Below, piece by piece: positions 12,335 through 25,760 of a DNA stretch of 64,000 nt (positions are counted from its first letter, which is position 1; each line of letters starts with the position of its first letter). Under the pieces are notes generated by a model. The model saw only the letters and a list, made by a program, of their open reading frames with translations. It was not told the DNA's origin and did not search any database. A program made the translations under genes and the position numbers. Source of the stretch: Chiloscyllium plagiosum (taxonomy: Eukaryota); contig NC_057733.1 in assembly GCF_004010195.1 (NCBI RefSeq), positions 33,629,473-33,693,472 of the forward strand, given 5' to 3'.

Positions 12335-14230
12335 GTAAGGAGAAGACCTAAGGAAAATCCCAAACTTTTTTACGTATGTAAGGAGCAAGAGGGAATTTAT
12401 GCACAGTGTTTTGAAGACCATTAAGGGGGACAAGTTCCCAGAACCTGTTGGGATCTATCTTAGAATGCTGAGGAAGGTAGATGAAGACATTGCTGAGGCT
12501 TTGTAGGAAATCTTTTTATCCCCTTTAGAAACACAAATGATCCCAGATGTCTGGAAAATAACCAATATTGTCCCCTTGTTTAATAAAGGCAACAGGGATA
12601 ATTCAAAAGATTACATATCAGTGAGCCTTACATCAGTGGCAGGGAAATTATTGGAGAAAATTCTTAGGGACAGGACTTACTCGCATTTAGAAAAATATGG
12701 ACTTATTAGCAATAGGCAACATGGCTTTGTGCATCTCACAAACTTGATTGAGGAAATGACAAAGATAATTGATGAGCGCAGAGCGGTAGACATTATCTAC
12801 ATGGGCTTATACAAGCCCTTTGACAAGGTCCCTCATGGCAGGCTGATACAAAAGGTGAAGTCATGTGCGATCTGCAGTGAGCATGTATGATGTACACAGA
12901 ACTAATTTGGCTTTGGAGACAGAGAGTAGCAGTGGAAGGGTGTTTTTCAGAATATAAATCTGTACAAGTGCTTTTCCACAGGGATCAGTGGTGGGGCCCT
13001 TGTTATTGGTAACACATATAAATAATTTGGAGAAGAATATAGGTAGTCTGATTAGTAAATTTGCGGATTGGGGGACCTGCAGATAGTGAGTAGGATTGCC
13101 AGAGGATACAGCAGAATAGACATAGGCTGGAGATTTAGGTGAAGAAATTGCAGATGGAATTAAATCCAGACAAATGGTGGGTGGCACGGTGGCACAGTGG
13201 TTAGCACTGTTACCTCACAGCGCCAGAGACCCAGGTTCAATTCCCAACTCAGGCGACTGGCTGTGTGTAGTTTGCACATTCTCCCCGTGTCTGGTTGGGT
13301 TTCCTCCGGGTGCTCCGGTTTCCTCCCACAGTCCAAAGATGTGCAGATCAGGCGAATTGGTCATGCTAAATTGCCCGTAGTGTTAGGTATAGGGGTAACA
13401 CTATGGGTTGCGCTTCGGCGGGTCGGTGTGGACTTGTTGGGCCGAAGGGCCTGTTTCCATACTGTAATGTAATGTAATCTAAAAACAAATGTGAGGTGAT
13501 GCATTTTGGAAGGTTTACTGCAGGAGGGAAGTATACAGTAAATGGCAGAAACCTTAGTAGCATCAACATTAAGAAATATATAAGCGTATAGGTCCACAGT
13601 TCCCTGAAAGTTGCAACGTAAGTAGATAAGGTGATCAAGAAGGCAAATGGCATACTTGCCTTCATGGATTGGGGCATGGAGTATAAAAAATGGCAAGTCA
13701 TGTTGCGGCTGTATAGATTTTAAGTTAGGTCTCATTTGAAATATTTCATACAGGTCTGGTCACCATACTGCCAGAGGAAGGGGACAGAAACAGTTTACCA
13801 AGATGTTGCCTGGTTTAGAGGATATTAGCTATGAGGAGAGATTGGACAAACCTGGCTTGTTTTCACTTGAATATCGAGGAATGAGAGGCGACCTGATAGA
13901 CATTTACAAAATTGTGAGAGGCATGGATAGAATGGACCATCAGAGCCTTTTTCCCAGGCTGGAAATGTCAATTACTAGGGCACATAGGTTTAAGGTAAAA
14001 AGGGATTAGTTTAAAGGAGAAGTGAGAGGCAGTTTTTTTTTAACACAGAGTTTGGTAAGTGCGTAGAATGCACTGTCAGAGAAGATCATGGAGGCAGATA
14101 AAATAACAACATTTAAGAGGGATCTTGACAGATGTGTGATTAGGTGGGCAAGAGAAGGTATGGACAGCTTAGCGGCAAAAGGTTTATAGTTTGGAAAAGC
14201 TTCATGTATCCACACAGTCTCTGTAATGTT
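12335..14230 (+). mobile_element. CR1 LINE, 5'-truncated and degenerate ORF2
   Basis: PDVWKITNIVPLFNKG..., FDKVPHGRL and SYEERLDKPGLFSLE..RMRGDLI motifs. Confidence 0.9.
13179..13485 (+). mobile_element. HE1-type SINE nested in CR1
   Basis: tRNA-like head, (TGTAA)n tail, short acaaatg duplication at the flanks. Confidence 0.9.
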
Positions 14231-14764
14231 CTTTGTTTGACTTCTTTTAATGCACATCAAGTCTTGTGATGGGACAGCTGCCATCCATGTAAAAGATGGT
14301 GACGTGATACATAACCATAAAGATTCCTTTCCTAGGATCACCAAGGCAGATCAATTCTAGCTCCCAATTCACTTTCATTCTGGAAAAATGAAGGATGGTT
14401 TAAGGAACTATTGGTGAGAAAGCTGAATTTGTATCAGTTCCCTCTTCAGCAACCCAAAAACAGGTCTTTGTTATTAACAGAAGAACTGAAGTCTTTACAA
14501 TTTTTTGTTTTACAAAATTCCAATTAGTTGGCTGCAATTCTCGAAATAAAATTTGAACTATAAGAGGTAGTTTGTTTATTAATATTTGCATTAATTGGTA
14601 CAGTGAATGGGACAAATATACAATGAATAGCTTGCAAATATATTTTTTTAAAACCATGATGATATAATTGAGTAGCTATACACTGTAATAAAATGAATAT
14701 CTTCTGACAATGTTGTATTTCAAGAAGAGCCAGGCTATTCATCAAGGTATAGTACAGACACATG

Positions 14765-15427
14765 AGTAGAAATTTCTGCTCCTACAGGTGGCAAGCTTGA
14801 AGGTGAGAAGGGCTTTTAATGAGGTGGGAAGGTGGCCTACCTGAACCCTGCCACTGTTCCACTTCTACCAGAATTAAGTTTTAGGTGAGAAGACCTGTGT
14901 TTCACCTTCTGCCCACTGCCAATAAATGGCCAATTATGAGCACCCAAGGGGCACATGCTGCTGAAGCAGGTTTAACACTGGGATGGACCTATTGCCAGCA
15001 GGCATACATGGCAGCTACAATCATATGGCCACCTTCTCACCTCTGGGATAGTTCAGACTGTCCCTTAATTGAAGACACTCAGTGCCTCTCCTTGCTGTTG
15101 CTGCTGACCCAACTTACACACCTCTTCCTGTGACCCCATCTCACAAAACCCCTCCCCACACTTTACGTATATGTGACCTGGGTTGCTCCATAACCCTGGG
15201 ATTCTGGTAAATGTTGTATCTGCAGCAACCATTGACTTCCCTGTAGTGCTGCTGCTGAGCACAGGAGTTATCAGGCTCTTAACTCCAAGGGAAGACCCAC
15301 TGATGGCCTGGGCATTGCCTGATTGCTTTGCAGTTTGTCAGGCCTTCCAAAAATTAGAAAACATGAATTTCTTGTTGGCTTTTCAATGGCAGGTGAGATC
15401 CAGATGTCTCAGCAAGATTTTGTCTTA
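14765..15427. mobile_element. Possible non-autonomous DNA transposon (MITE) remnant
   Basis: GC-richer island with weak inverted ends (gtagaaattt / aagattttgtc); shares motifs with 1960-2440. Confidence 0.3.
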
Positions 15428-15779
15428 TGTGTTAATTTCAAATGGAAAAGAAAAACATGTGTACCTTCCAGAAGTTGGTTCAAAACCATGTCAAATACCA
15501 AAGAACAATGTTTCTCATGATATTCTGGAGTGTATTTAATGGTGCAATGAAAATACATGGAGAGAATGTTTTCAGTTTGAAAGAACATATCTTTTCATCT
15601 TTAAGCTGTCTAAAGTGCTTCAAACTAAGCAGTTTATGAAGTCTAAGTACTATGATAGCATCGACAAATCTGGCAAGCAAGGTGTCTATCGCAAAATACA
15701 TTAATGGTGCACGTTGAGTGATAAAGTATTGGCTAGGTCTGTAAAAGAACACATTCTATCACTTTGAAGAGACTGACTT

Positions 15780-15925
15780 GATCTTTTACATCCACCTGAG
15801 GCAGTAGATGGGGCCACTATTTAATGTTTCACCAAAGAGGAAGTATTTCAGACAGTGAAGCATTTTTGTCATACTGGAACACAGTTACAGTTCCGATTAG
15901 GTGTTCAAGTCTTTCAAGTGGTGGA
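15780..15925 (-). mobile_element. DeuSINE/SacSINE1-like fragment
   Basis: atcttttacatccacctgag..gatgggg..tttaatgttt..gacagtg..gtgttcaagtct..gtgg resembles the reverse complement of the DeuSINE 5' half. Confidence 0.6.
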
Positions 15926-18900
15926 TGTATTAGATTTTGCTTTGAGTTTGAACAGTGCATTTGCTCTAGTGTAAAAATCATCACACTTGAGACTATATGG
16001 TTCCAGCAAGCAAAGATTTTATTCAAGCTTATGCAATATCTTCCCTAAAATATGGAGTTTTCAGCACATAGTTGTAGTTTTCAAACTCACACAGGCCCAA
16101 ATTATCTCAACTTTCAAGTTGCTCATTTCCATATTAATTCAGTTTTCTTGTCTGGATTCTCATTTTTCCTTACATCCTTGCTCTGCATAACAATGAAAAA
16201 CAACCTTAAAAAGGTTGTTATCATTACTACATGGATGAAATCAAGCATAACAACAGCAATTAGCTGAAGACTATCATTGCACTTTATTTTAATCCAACTA
16301 ATGTTAATCCTCTCATCCTTCTTCATTCTTCACAAAGTTACTTGCAAAACACAATCAGTACTCATGGAGTATCTGCAAAATAACCATTCAAATGGTTCAT
16401 TTTTGTGTATGCTATAGTTATTTGTAATTTAATCTATAAGAGGGGCATTAATCAGGGAAATGATATTTTTTGATATCTAAAAATATTGTTTCCACTATTA
16501 AACCTTGCCCTTTAAGAGCTAAGAAGTATGAGTTCATGTTGACATGATGGTTTTAGCTCTGCAATTGAAGTGTGAAGGTATTGAGTAAAGAGTTAGACAA
16601 TTATGAATGGAAATTACTTGACTTGCCTTTAACCACTGTTGACAATCAAGAATACCTTTGCAGTGATGTTAAAGATGATGAGTAGGTGTTCTCTGAAGTG
16701 TAACTATTATCCTCAAACTGGAAGCTCTGTGGGTTTCAGCCACGTAATTCCATATTTATACGGTAACTCAGAAAGTTTCATTCTTACCAGTAATGATAAC
16801 CCACTTACACAAAGTTTCACTCCCAACAATTATGTTTTTAAAATGTAGTAAGGGAATGTAAATTAATTGCAGCTAAGTTTTTTTAAATGTTATATTTCAC
16901 CCTGAAATTTCACTAATATGCTGTCAAATTGTATTGATGTAAAGCAAATTCTTCAGTCCGTATCAGACTGCTGCTTTGAGGATTTAGGTCACACCATTAG
17001 TCCAAATTGATCCAACTTTAATCTCTACTCCACCCTGTTGTCTGAGTGCAACTACATTCTCATCTTCTAATCTGAAATGTGATCTTCTTTTGCATTTCCA
17101 TGTGCAATATCAGAAGAGAATCAACTATTATCCCACACAGTATCAACTATCAGGGATTCAATTCAAAGGTGTAATCTTACCCAATGTTTAGACACTCCTC
17201 TCAATCTTCTTTTTATCTTATGTTACCTGCATTCACCAACTGGATTACAACACTATTGCTCTGAGCTACCCATTATCTGACATCTAACTCATTTTTGTTC
17301 ACCATCAGAGAAGTTATGCCAAATCCATTTAATGCTGATTAGAAGGCCAGTACTGAAAATAGGAAATATACATAAGATACAAATATGCAATAAATCCTGC
17401 ACTGTCTTATATTAATTGTGTTAATTATTTTGAATAAGCATTGCAAAATCAATCAATCTCCTCCTGTTCCAGCACGCTGATCTGTACAACTCTGCACTCT
17501 GATTGTCCAACACCTTTAATCGCTTCAGAACCTCTGTGATACTTCCAAGAATTAATTGATTGTAAATGGGAGGCAAAAGAGCTCATACACATTCAATTTG
17601 ATGAAATAAATATTACTGAAATTATGACATTGAAAATACTATACAGTTATCTCCTTGAATCTAGTAATCCTGTTAACATGGACAAACCAAACTTTGAGGT
17701 CAATTGTGTGCTGAATTAATATGGCTCATATCACTGTACTGGCTCCCCGGTTTCAAAGTATTGTCACACTTACCCTGCTACCATGAATGTGTATATGTAC
17801 AAATATTAGCCCACACTATTAAATTTCTACTGTCAGTTTATACATAAAAATCAAACAGTTATCACACATTTCTCAAAAAGGAGATGGTGGGGACAGAGAT
17901 CTGGGAACAGGCTTCACTCGTCTAGACGACAGAAGAAAGGTTAATCAAAATTTGAACTAATCATTCTATAAGAAGTCAATTTCCTCTCATTACTTTTCCA
18001 ACTTGCATGTTTATAATGGCTTTATTTAATTCTTTTATGAATGTAAGTTTATTATCTGTCAATTTGAATAGGTTGAGGTTATTTAGAAAACTCACAATAG
18101 AAATGTGTAAGAGTCGGTCTTTCTTAGTATAGGATATAAAAATGAACAATTAATAGGCGAGGATGATATTCAAAAATGAAACAATATTTTGTTAGCTATT
18201 ATTAACAGAGTTACATGTTCTGTATAATGTTGTGGAGGTCACCTCAGCACCAAAATCAATCTTTGTTTTATAACATAATTAGTGTGAATTGCAGGGGCCA
18301 AATTGGAATCATAGGAAACCAACCTGAGGGGGTTGGTTTCATGCCAGTTTCAATTTGAGTTGGTGCCAATAATGCCAGCAAATGGCTTACCCCCAATTAT
18401 CTTGATTAGTTCAGCCAAACAGTAATCTCTGAAATACTTGTTTGGTATCCAAAACAAAGATAAAATGAATGAAGTGGAAAATGGAATGGACAACAAGTTA
18501 AACCAGCACCAATTCCTAGGATATGCTACACTGTAAAAACATTTCAAGGTCATGTCAGTGCAAAGTTTTAAGTTTAGATAAGCATCCTGCTCAGGATGTC
18601 ACAGTTGATAATCTTACTATGTTGATGTACAATGGGATTTATGAAAAAATTGGATTATAATCCAGTCTTAATAAAAATCTACTTAGTAAACAACAACTGG
18701 TCTGAAGAAATGATAGCCCTTAACACATCTTTCAATAACTTTTTAGACATTTTAAGCATTTATATAGGTGGAGGTCACTTATGGAGAATGCTAGGGGAAA
18801 ATAAGATGCAATAATAATAACAATGTCTTAAATAATTGAAGTACCCTGGAGGTAAAATATATCAAAAATAATGTTCTACAGAACTGAATGGAAAGCTTTC

Positions 18901-21230
18901 AATGTAGATGTTGTTCTTATCTAATTAAGTTATCTGAAACTGAGCAAGTTAAACTGGCTCTTATATTATCTTCTTAGCAAAACTGATATATAGTGTAATA
19001 TTTTAAACAATGAACTGATTGTTAGTATGAAAGAAATTGCCTCAGGGGCACATTAGCGCCTGTTTCAGTGCATTGCCGAATAATTGGTACAAGCCTACTG
19101 CCATCAATACCAATTAAACCAGCAACACTTCATTATATTGGACTTTTGACCTGATTACTGATGGATCTTCAGCAAAAAAAATTCTGGCTTAAAAGTCTTA
19201 CCTGCAGCTTTGTGCCAGACACTTGGAAAGATTCTAAATAAAATGACCAAAATTTCCCTCAAGTCAGTAGCGATGTGTTTTACGCTACCAGCATTTTGTT
19301 TTTCTACACTTTTCCTAGCAAACTACAAGACTATAGGTTATCCAATTACTGTTTTGTACTTATATGTACTTTAGGAAAGATAGAACATGCTATTTCTGAA
19401 TTGAAGCAGGGATTGGGGTGAAAGTGCTGGTGGGAAAAGCAAGCTTGAACTGTTGTTAGCATTTGGATAACAATTATCAGTAAAAGATGGACATAAGTGT
19501 CTTTTTCTAGAGGTCAGCTAATTCAACGTTTCATATGATAAAGGCACAGGGACATATGTTCCGGGATTTTCTCACCTTTACTTCCCTTTTGGTTTTTTTG
19601 ATGAAATTAATCACAAAATGCTAAGAGCAATACTAAGTACACATCGCTAATCAAAAGAACAATTAAAATACCAGATCCTGGTTTGACTACTTATAGAAAT
19701 GTTTGATATTACTGATAGTAGAACAAGTCAAGTTTGCTGACATTCACACTACATAATGTGCATGCTTTCAGTAATGAAGAAGTTATAAAGAAACATTTAT
19801 TTCTTCTGGAACTGCTTTCTATGGTATTGGGTAAAATCACAATGGAATTGACCTGACTGTTATGCTCTTACTAAATAGACTGAAGTGCAAATGGCCATCA
19901 GTTTCTGTTCTTCATAGCTGGAAGCAGAAATTTCCTGCTTGATTGGCCAAACTCTTTAACAGCTCACTGTCTTGTCTTCATAAATAACATTCCCTGGTTA
20001 TTTTTAACAATGTAAAACTCAGTGTTTAGGTCACCTTTATTCTATACAATTTTTGATGTTCTACTGTCAAAATTACATGTCGGAAAACATTTTAGAAAGG
20101 CACATGACGATCCATTTCATGGGTCTAGGATATAAACTGAAAGAAGAAAAGTGAGAGGGTTCAGAGAGGACATAAAGTAGGGTTATGTTGCTGAAAGGTA
20201 TAAATAATTCAAGCCATGTTGTTTAAATTATTCTGTAGTCATTGAGTAAGTATTTAAAGAACACAAGCCTTCCAAAATGCAAAGATACTTAACATGACAA
20301 CTGAGTATCATATATAATACAAAATGCATCAGGTTCTGCATATTTCTAAGTGCAACTGTAGTGAAGTCATTGATATTCTATATATTGATCACCGATTTTG
20401 CAAAGTCTAAAATGTCGAACAATTAATTATTTACAGTGAGCTCCTAGTTTGTATTGAGGTTGATGTTGGAAACCCACCAAATCACTGACAAACCCATGTT
20501 AAATAGTCAGAGCCAAGATTTGAAGGGATACATCCACTTACAGTTAAGTAGCTACATATTGGAGTGATCTCTTATATCCTTGACAGAATTTTAATGGTGC
20601 ATTATTGTGTAACTGCATGAGGTGAGTGTGACAACAAATGGGTTACAGCAGAATAACCCTTACATGTTCGAGGGAACTATTCCAAAGGACAGCAGTACAC
20701 ATACCTGACCAGAATCAGTAACTAAGATTGACTTGTGTACACTGGCAAAAAGGCATCAGATATGGATGAATATTGCATATCCTAAGAAAAGTGTTAAGGA
20801 AAGAATGCTCAACAGCACCTTTATGCTAAAAGTATATGCAACGAAGAGTTACCCATAAATCTAATCCATATTTATTCTGTTGCCTTGTACCCAAACACCT
20901 TTGCAACCTGAGAGTGTTTTGCTGGTTATCATGCATATCCAGACAGCATTGCAAACATGAACTACAACTTGCAAGACTCATTTTTCAAAGGACTTTGCCA
21001 CTAAAATAATTACAGTGCAGCCTACCTGTAAGACACAAACTAGTTAAGAATCAATGGGATATCCAAAATTGATGCCATCACTATTTTTAATACCATAGAC
21101 CACAAGGGATAGGAGCAGAAGGAGGCCACTCAGTCCTTCAAGTCTGTTCAGCCATTCAATCCATGGCTGGTCTGATAATCTTTAACTCCACTTTCCTATA
21201 AGACTTGATTCCCTGACTGATGGATTGAAA

Positions 21231-21359
21231 ATTCCTGATGAAGGGCTTATGCCTGAAATGGTGACCCTCCTGCTTCTCGGATGCTGCCTGATCTGCTGTG
21301 CTTTTCCAACACCACACTTTTCGACTGACTCTCCAGCATCTGCAGTCTTCATTTTCTTC
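21231..21359 (+). mobile_element. Penelope-like terminal-repeat unit starting at the hammerhead-like motif
   Basis: ttcctgatgaagggcttatgcctgaaa...ccagcatctgcagtc; flanked by tgg(a)ttgaaaat repeats. Confidence 0.8.
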
Positions 21360-21467
21360 TGGTTGAAAATGGGCCGATGTCAGCCTCAACACCTCTCTAA
21401 GGTAAAGATTCACAAATCTCCGAGAATAGAAATTCCTTCTCATCTGTCTTAAATGTGTGACCCCCTT

Positions 21468-22414
21468 AGAACCTAGAACATAGAACATTACAGCACAGTG
21501 CAGGCCCTTCAGCCCTCGATGTTGCACCGACCTGTTATACCAATCTGAAGCCCATCTAACCTACACTATTCCATGTACGTCTATGTGCTTGTCCAATGAC
21601 GACTTAAATGTACTTAAAGTTGGCAAATCTACTACCGTTGCAGGCAAAGTATTCCATACCCTTACTACTCTCTGAGTAAAGAAACTACCTCTGACATCTG
21701 TCCTATATCTATCACCTCTCAATTTAAAGCTATGCCCCCTCATGCTCACCGTCACCATACTTGAAAAAAGGCTCTCTCTGTCCACCCTATCTAACCTGCT
21801 GATTATCTTATATGTCTCTATTAAGTCACCTCTCAACCTTCTTCTCTCTAACGAANNNNNNNNNNNNNNNNNNNNNNNNNNNNNNNNNNNNNNNNNNNNN
21901 NNNNNNNNNNNNNNNNNNNNNNNNNNNNNNNNNNNNNNNNNNNNNNNNNNNNNNNNNNNNNNNNNNNNNNNNNNNNNNNNNNNNNNNNNNNNNNNNNNNN
22001 NNNNNNNNNNNNNNNNNNNNNNNNNACCTCTCAGCCCAGCTCTGCAGCTTATCTATGTCTCTTTGTCACTGTCCACAACTCCACTGACCTTAGTGTCGTC
22101 TGCAAATTTACTAACCCACCCTTCTACGCCCTCATCCAGGTTGTTTATAAAAATGACGAACAGCAGTGGACCCAATACCGACCCTTGCGGTACACCACTG
22201 GTAACTGGACTCCAGGATGAACATTTCCCATCAACCACCACCCTCTGTCTTCTTTCAGCAAGCCAATAACTGATCCAAACTGCTATATCTCCCACAATCC
22301 CATTCTTCCACATTTTGTACAATAGCCTACTGTGGGGAACCTTATTGAATGCCTTGCTGAAATCCATATACACCACATCAACTGGTTTACTCTCATCTAC
22401 CTGTTTGGTCACCA
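21468..22414 (-). mobile_element. Young CR1 LINE 3' fragment spanning the assembly gap
   Basis: ORFs [17 protein letters not shown]...[14 protein letters not shown]...KFADDTK and MRGDLIETYKI...WNTLP; (TTCTA)-type tail. Confidence 0.92.
21856..22025. other. Assembly gap (N run)
   Basis: Run of N bases. Confidence 0.99.
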
Positions 22415-22665
22415 TGTTTGGAGATTCTGCCATCTTGTCCAAGACTCTTCCATAACAGAAACAAGCTTTCCATATCTATCCTGTCAAGTTCTCTAAGCAC
22501 CTTATATGTTTCTGTAAGGTCACCTCTCATTCTTCTGTACTCCACCAAGTACAAGCCAACTCAACTCAACCAATCCCTCTGTACCTGGTATCAGTCTGAT
22601 GAACCATCCAATACCAGTGTGTCTTACCTCAGGTAAGGGGCTAAAAATTGTTCACAGAATTTTTT

Positions 22666-23250
22666 GGCAAGATGACATCAGCTCCTCTGCTCCACCTGTT
22701 CTATTTCTTTCTTTTCTTTGTTTTCTCATTTTAGCAGTCCCACAGCAGAACAAGGGTAACGAGTTCCAGAGTGGGTGAGGGGAAGTGTATTCCGGAGCAG
22801 GGTGAGGGGAGTGAGTCTCGGAGGAGGACAAGGGGAAGCGAGTCCTGGATTGGGGCGAGGGGAAGCGAGTCCCGGAGTGGGGTGAGGGGAAGTGAGTCCT
22901 GGAGCACTGTAACTTCCTTTGGTGCAGCTGAGCACTGGTGCGATGTGGATTTAGACAGTTGTTGGTCTGGGACCTGGTGTGTGTGGTCAGATCAGGTGCT
23001 GAGCTGCTGCTATTTGAAACTCTTTACTGGACTGTAATGTCACTCCTTTAACTATGTTCTAACTACCTTACATCTAACTTAATTTTTTAGACATGCTAGT
23101 ACTTTTCCTTTTAATCCTTTTTTGTATTCAAGTATTGTACTTGTACCAAAGATGGCAGCATTAGAAGCAGCCATTGTAAAAACGATTCACTCTACTTCTG
23201 TGCTGGAGTACATGTGACAATAAAGGATATTCTCTTCTGTTTTATTCTGT
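22666..23250 (+). mobile_element. Non-autonomous retroposon with internal 27-bp minisatellite
   Basis: About 5 copies of ccggagtggggtgaggggaagtgagtc at 22766-22905; ends gagtacatgtgacaataaa plus (attct)-like tail; interrupts the CR1. Confidence 0.6.
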
Positions 23251-24828
23251 GATCTGACTACTGTCTTATATAGTTTTCGCAAAACCTCCCTACTTCTATA
23301 CTCTGTTCCCTTTGAAATAAAGGCCAACATTCCATTTGTCTTTCTTATTACCCACTGAACTCGGATACTCAGTTTTTGTGATTCCTGGATGAGGATTCCC
23401 CCAGACCCCTTTGATCTGTAGTTTTCTGTGGTCTTTCACCATTTAAACAATATTCACATGTTCTATTCTTCCTGCAATGTGCATAACCTCACACTTCCTC
23501 ACATTATATTTCACCTGCCAAATTTTTACCTGCAAAAATTAACCTGTCTATATCTCTCTGAAGTATCTTTGTGTCAGCCTCGCCACATGCCTTCCCACCT
23601 ATTTTTGTGTCCTCCACAAACTTGGCTATTGTATGTTCTGTTTTGCAAATAATTGTGGTCTCAGCACCAATCCTTGTGGCAGGATGATAATGTGCCCTTT
23701 ATTCCAACTTCCAATCCTGTTTGTGAACACATCCTCTATCCTGTGCTTCCAACAACTTCCAACACTATGGACTCTTAGCTTACAAAGTAGATAATGTATG
23801 GCACCTTTTCAAACATCTTCTAAAAATCCGAATATATTGCATCCACCTCCTCCCCTCTAACTATCCTGCTTGATTACTACCTCAAAAGAATTGTAATAAA
23901 TTTGTGAGGGAAGATTACTACCAGTGTATCCTTTTTATTCCTTTTAAAAACAGCAGCTGATTCCAAAACAGTGTTCTTGAAAATAAATTATCTGGCACCT
24001 TTGTTCTTGTGACCCAAGATGTGCGAAGGGGAACTGTCATGTCTTACTTGCCAACTCAAATTTGCTGGAAACCAACATTAGAACTTGATAGTGTTCCTCC
24101 AGGCTCCAACCATTAGAGATCACTTATTTCCTCCATCTCCTGACGGGGAATTCTGCATCAGAGTAGTTTATGAGGGGGATATCCACCAAGTCCCTGCCAA
24201 CGCCCCCTACTGCCTGATTTTGACAGCTAGGTTGCATCTTCAGACAGAACAAGTCAGCAGAGTGTATATCAATCAGACCGTGCTATTACAAATACTGTGC
24301 TGTCTTCCTACCATGGAGCTGAAAACCTCCACAGTGAATCTAACTGTCCCCACATCAACAACTTTTGCAGCAGAATATGTGTCCTATTATCGGAAACTAT
24401 CTACAGGTATTACCATTGCAACTTATGACTTTTAAGTAGTTAGATGCAATTAAGCTGTTTTAAATTTAATGAAAATTACAGCGCAAAGAAATCTCATTTT
24501 AATAAGAAAATTACAAAACTCTTGTCATTTGACCTTTAAAAACTCTCTGTAGACTGGAAAAAAGATGATGGGAAAATGAACCAAGGTAATTCTAACCTGA
24601 AAGTAAACTGAGAATTCTTGACTAATCTTGAAATATGTTTAAAACAATTCGCACTTATAAATCCATTGCTAGCAAAGGATAATTAGTTTTTTCCAATTTA
24701 ATGTTGTTCGTAAGAATAATTACTGTGCTCAGGTTTGGAAAGTTTTTTTCTGCAGTGATAATTTCCTTTTGCATCAAAGAAGGACAGTGTCCTTTCGATA
24801 AAAAGTCTGATTGTCTAATGCTATTGAG

Positions 24829-25034
24829 ATGGAAATGTGTTGCTGGAAAAGCGCAGCAGGTCAGGCAGCATCTAGGGAACAGGAGAATCGATGTTTCGGG
24901 CATTAGCCCTTCTTCAAGAAGGGCTAATGCCCGAAACGTCGATTCTCCTGTTCCCTAGATGCTGCCTGACCTGCTGCGCTTTTCCAGCAACACATTTCCA
25001 TCTCTGATCTCCAGCATCTGCAGACCTCATTTTC
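24829..25034. mobile_element. Fold-back (palindromic) Penelope-like insertion with 15-bp TSD
   Basis: 89-bp arms centred on 24915; tctaatgctattgag at 24814-24828 and 25035-25049. Confidence 0.9.
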
Positions 25035-25454
25035 TCTAATGCTATTGAGGACTTGGGACAGGAGGTGCACAGGGGCTAGGCAAACTCCCTGGTGGAATGA
25101 CTGCACTGAGCCAAGGAAGTTAAAGAAGCCAAAACCGTGTTGGAAAAGCCACACAAAGGCCTAGAGAATTCAAGAGACAGTTACCGTGTTGTGGCTAGAT
25201 CTAATCAGTACAGGAAGATTCACACAAAGACCTAGCGTAGAGGAAGAGCAATCTTCATTGAACAATCTTCACCAGGCAGATGGACCAGAAGGAGAGGAGG
25301 AAGAACAAATGAGAAGTTCCCTCACACCTCGGCTAGACAGTATGATGCTGCCTTCCCATCACTTCATTGAGACCGGAACATTTCCACGCTTACAGCCAAT
25401 TCCTTGGCATTTGTGAACCATCGTCACACTTGTATACTTTATTTGTCCAATTGT

Positions 25455-25760
25455 GGGCGGCACGGTGGCACAGTGGTTAGCACTGCTGCCTCACAGCGCC
25501 TGAGACCCGGGTTCAGTTCCCGCCTCAGGCGACTGACTGTGTGGAGTTTGCACGTTCTCCCCGTGTCTGCGTGGGTTTTCTCCGGGTGCTCCGGTTTCCT
25601 TCCACTGTCCAAAGATGTGCAGGTCAGGTGTATTGGCCATGCTAAATTGCCCGTAGTGTTAGGTAAGGGGTAAATGCAAGGGGATGCGTGGTTGCGCTTC
25701 GGTGGGTCGGTGTGGACTTGTTGGGCCGAAGGGCCTGTTTCCACACTGTAATGTAATCTT
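25455..25760 (+). mobile_element. HE1-type SINE
   Basis: Full head gggcggcacggtggcacagtggttagc to tail gggcctgtttccacactgtaatgtaatct. Confidence 0.92.

Larger units (their letters stand above)
21092..23910 (-). mobile_element. Degenerate CR1 LINE (outer element) hosting three nested insertions
   Basis: 3' tail at ~21095 (ataggagcagaaggaggccactcag); CR1-like sequence resumes at ~22415 and ~23250. Confidence 0.7.

Noticed and set aside
21742-22269. 175-aa ORF, longest in the track
   Set aside because: Artefact of reading through the N gap on the antisense strand of a CR1.
22766-22905. 27-bp repeats as a CRISPR array or repeat protein (GSESxxGxR)
   Set aside because: Units are head-to-tail with no unique spacers, no cas genes, eukaryotic context; the ORF is a by-product of a 27-nt period.
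25186-25416. Acidic ORF as Harbinger transposase C-terminus
   Set aside because: Diagnostic catalytic or CCxLHN-type motifs not found; resemblance is compositional only.
25455-25530. tRNA gene (also at 13179, 47179, 3935)
   Set aside because: A/B boxes continue into the shared SINE body and CR1-like tail; these are SINE heads.
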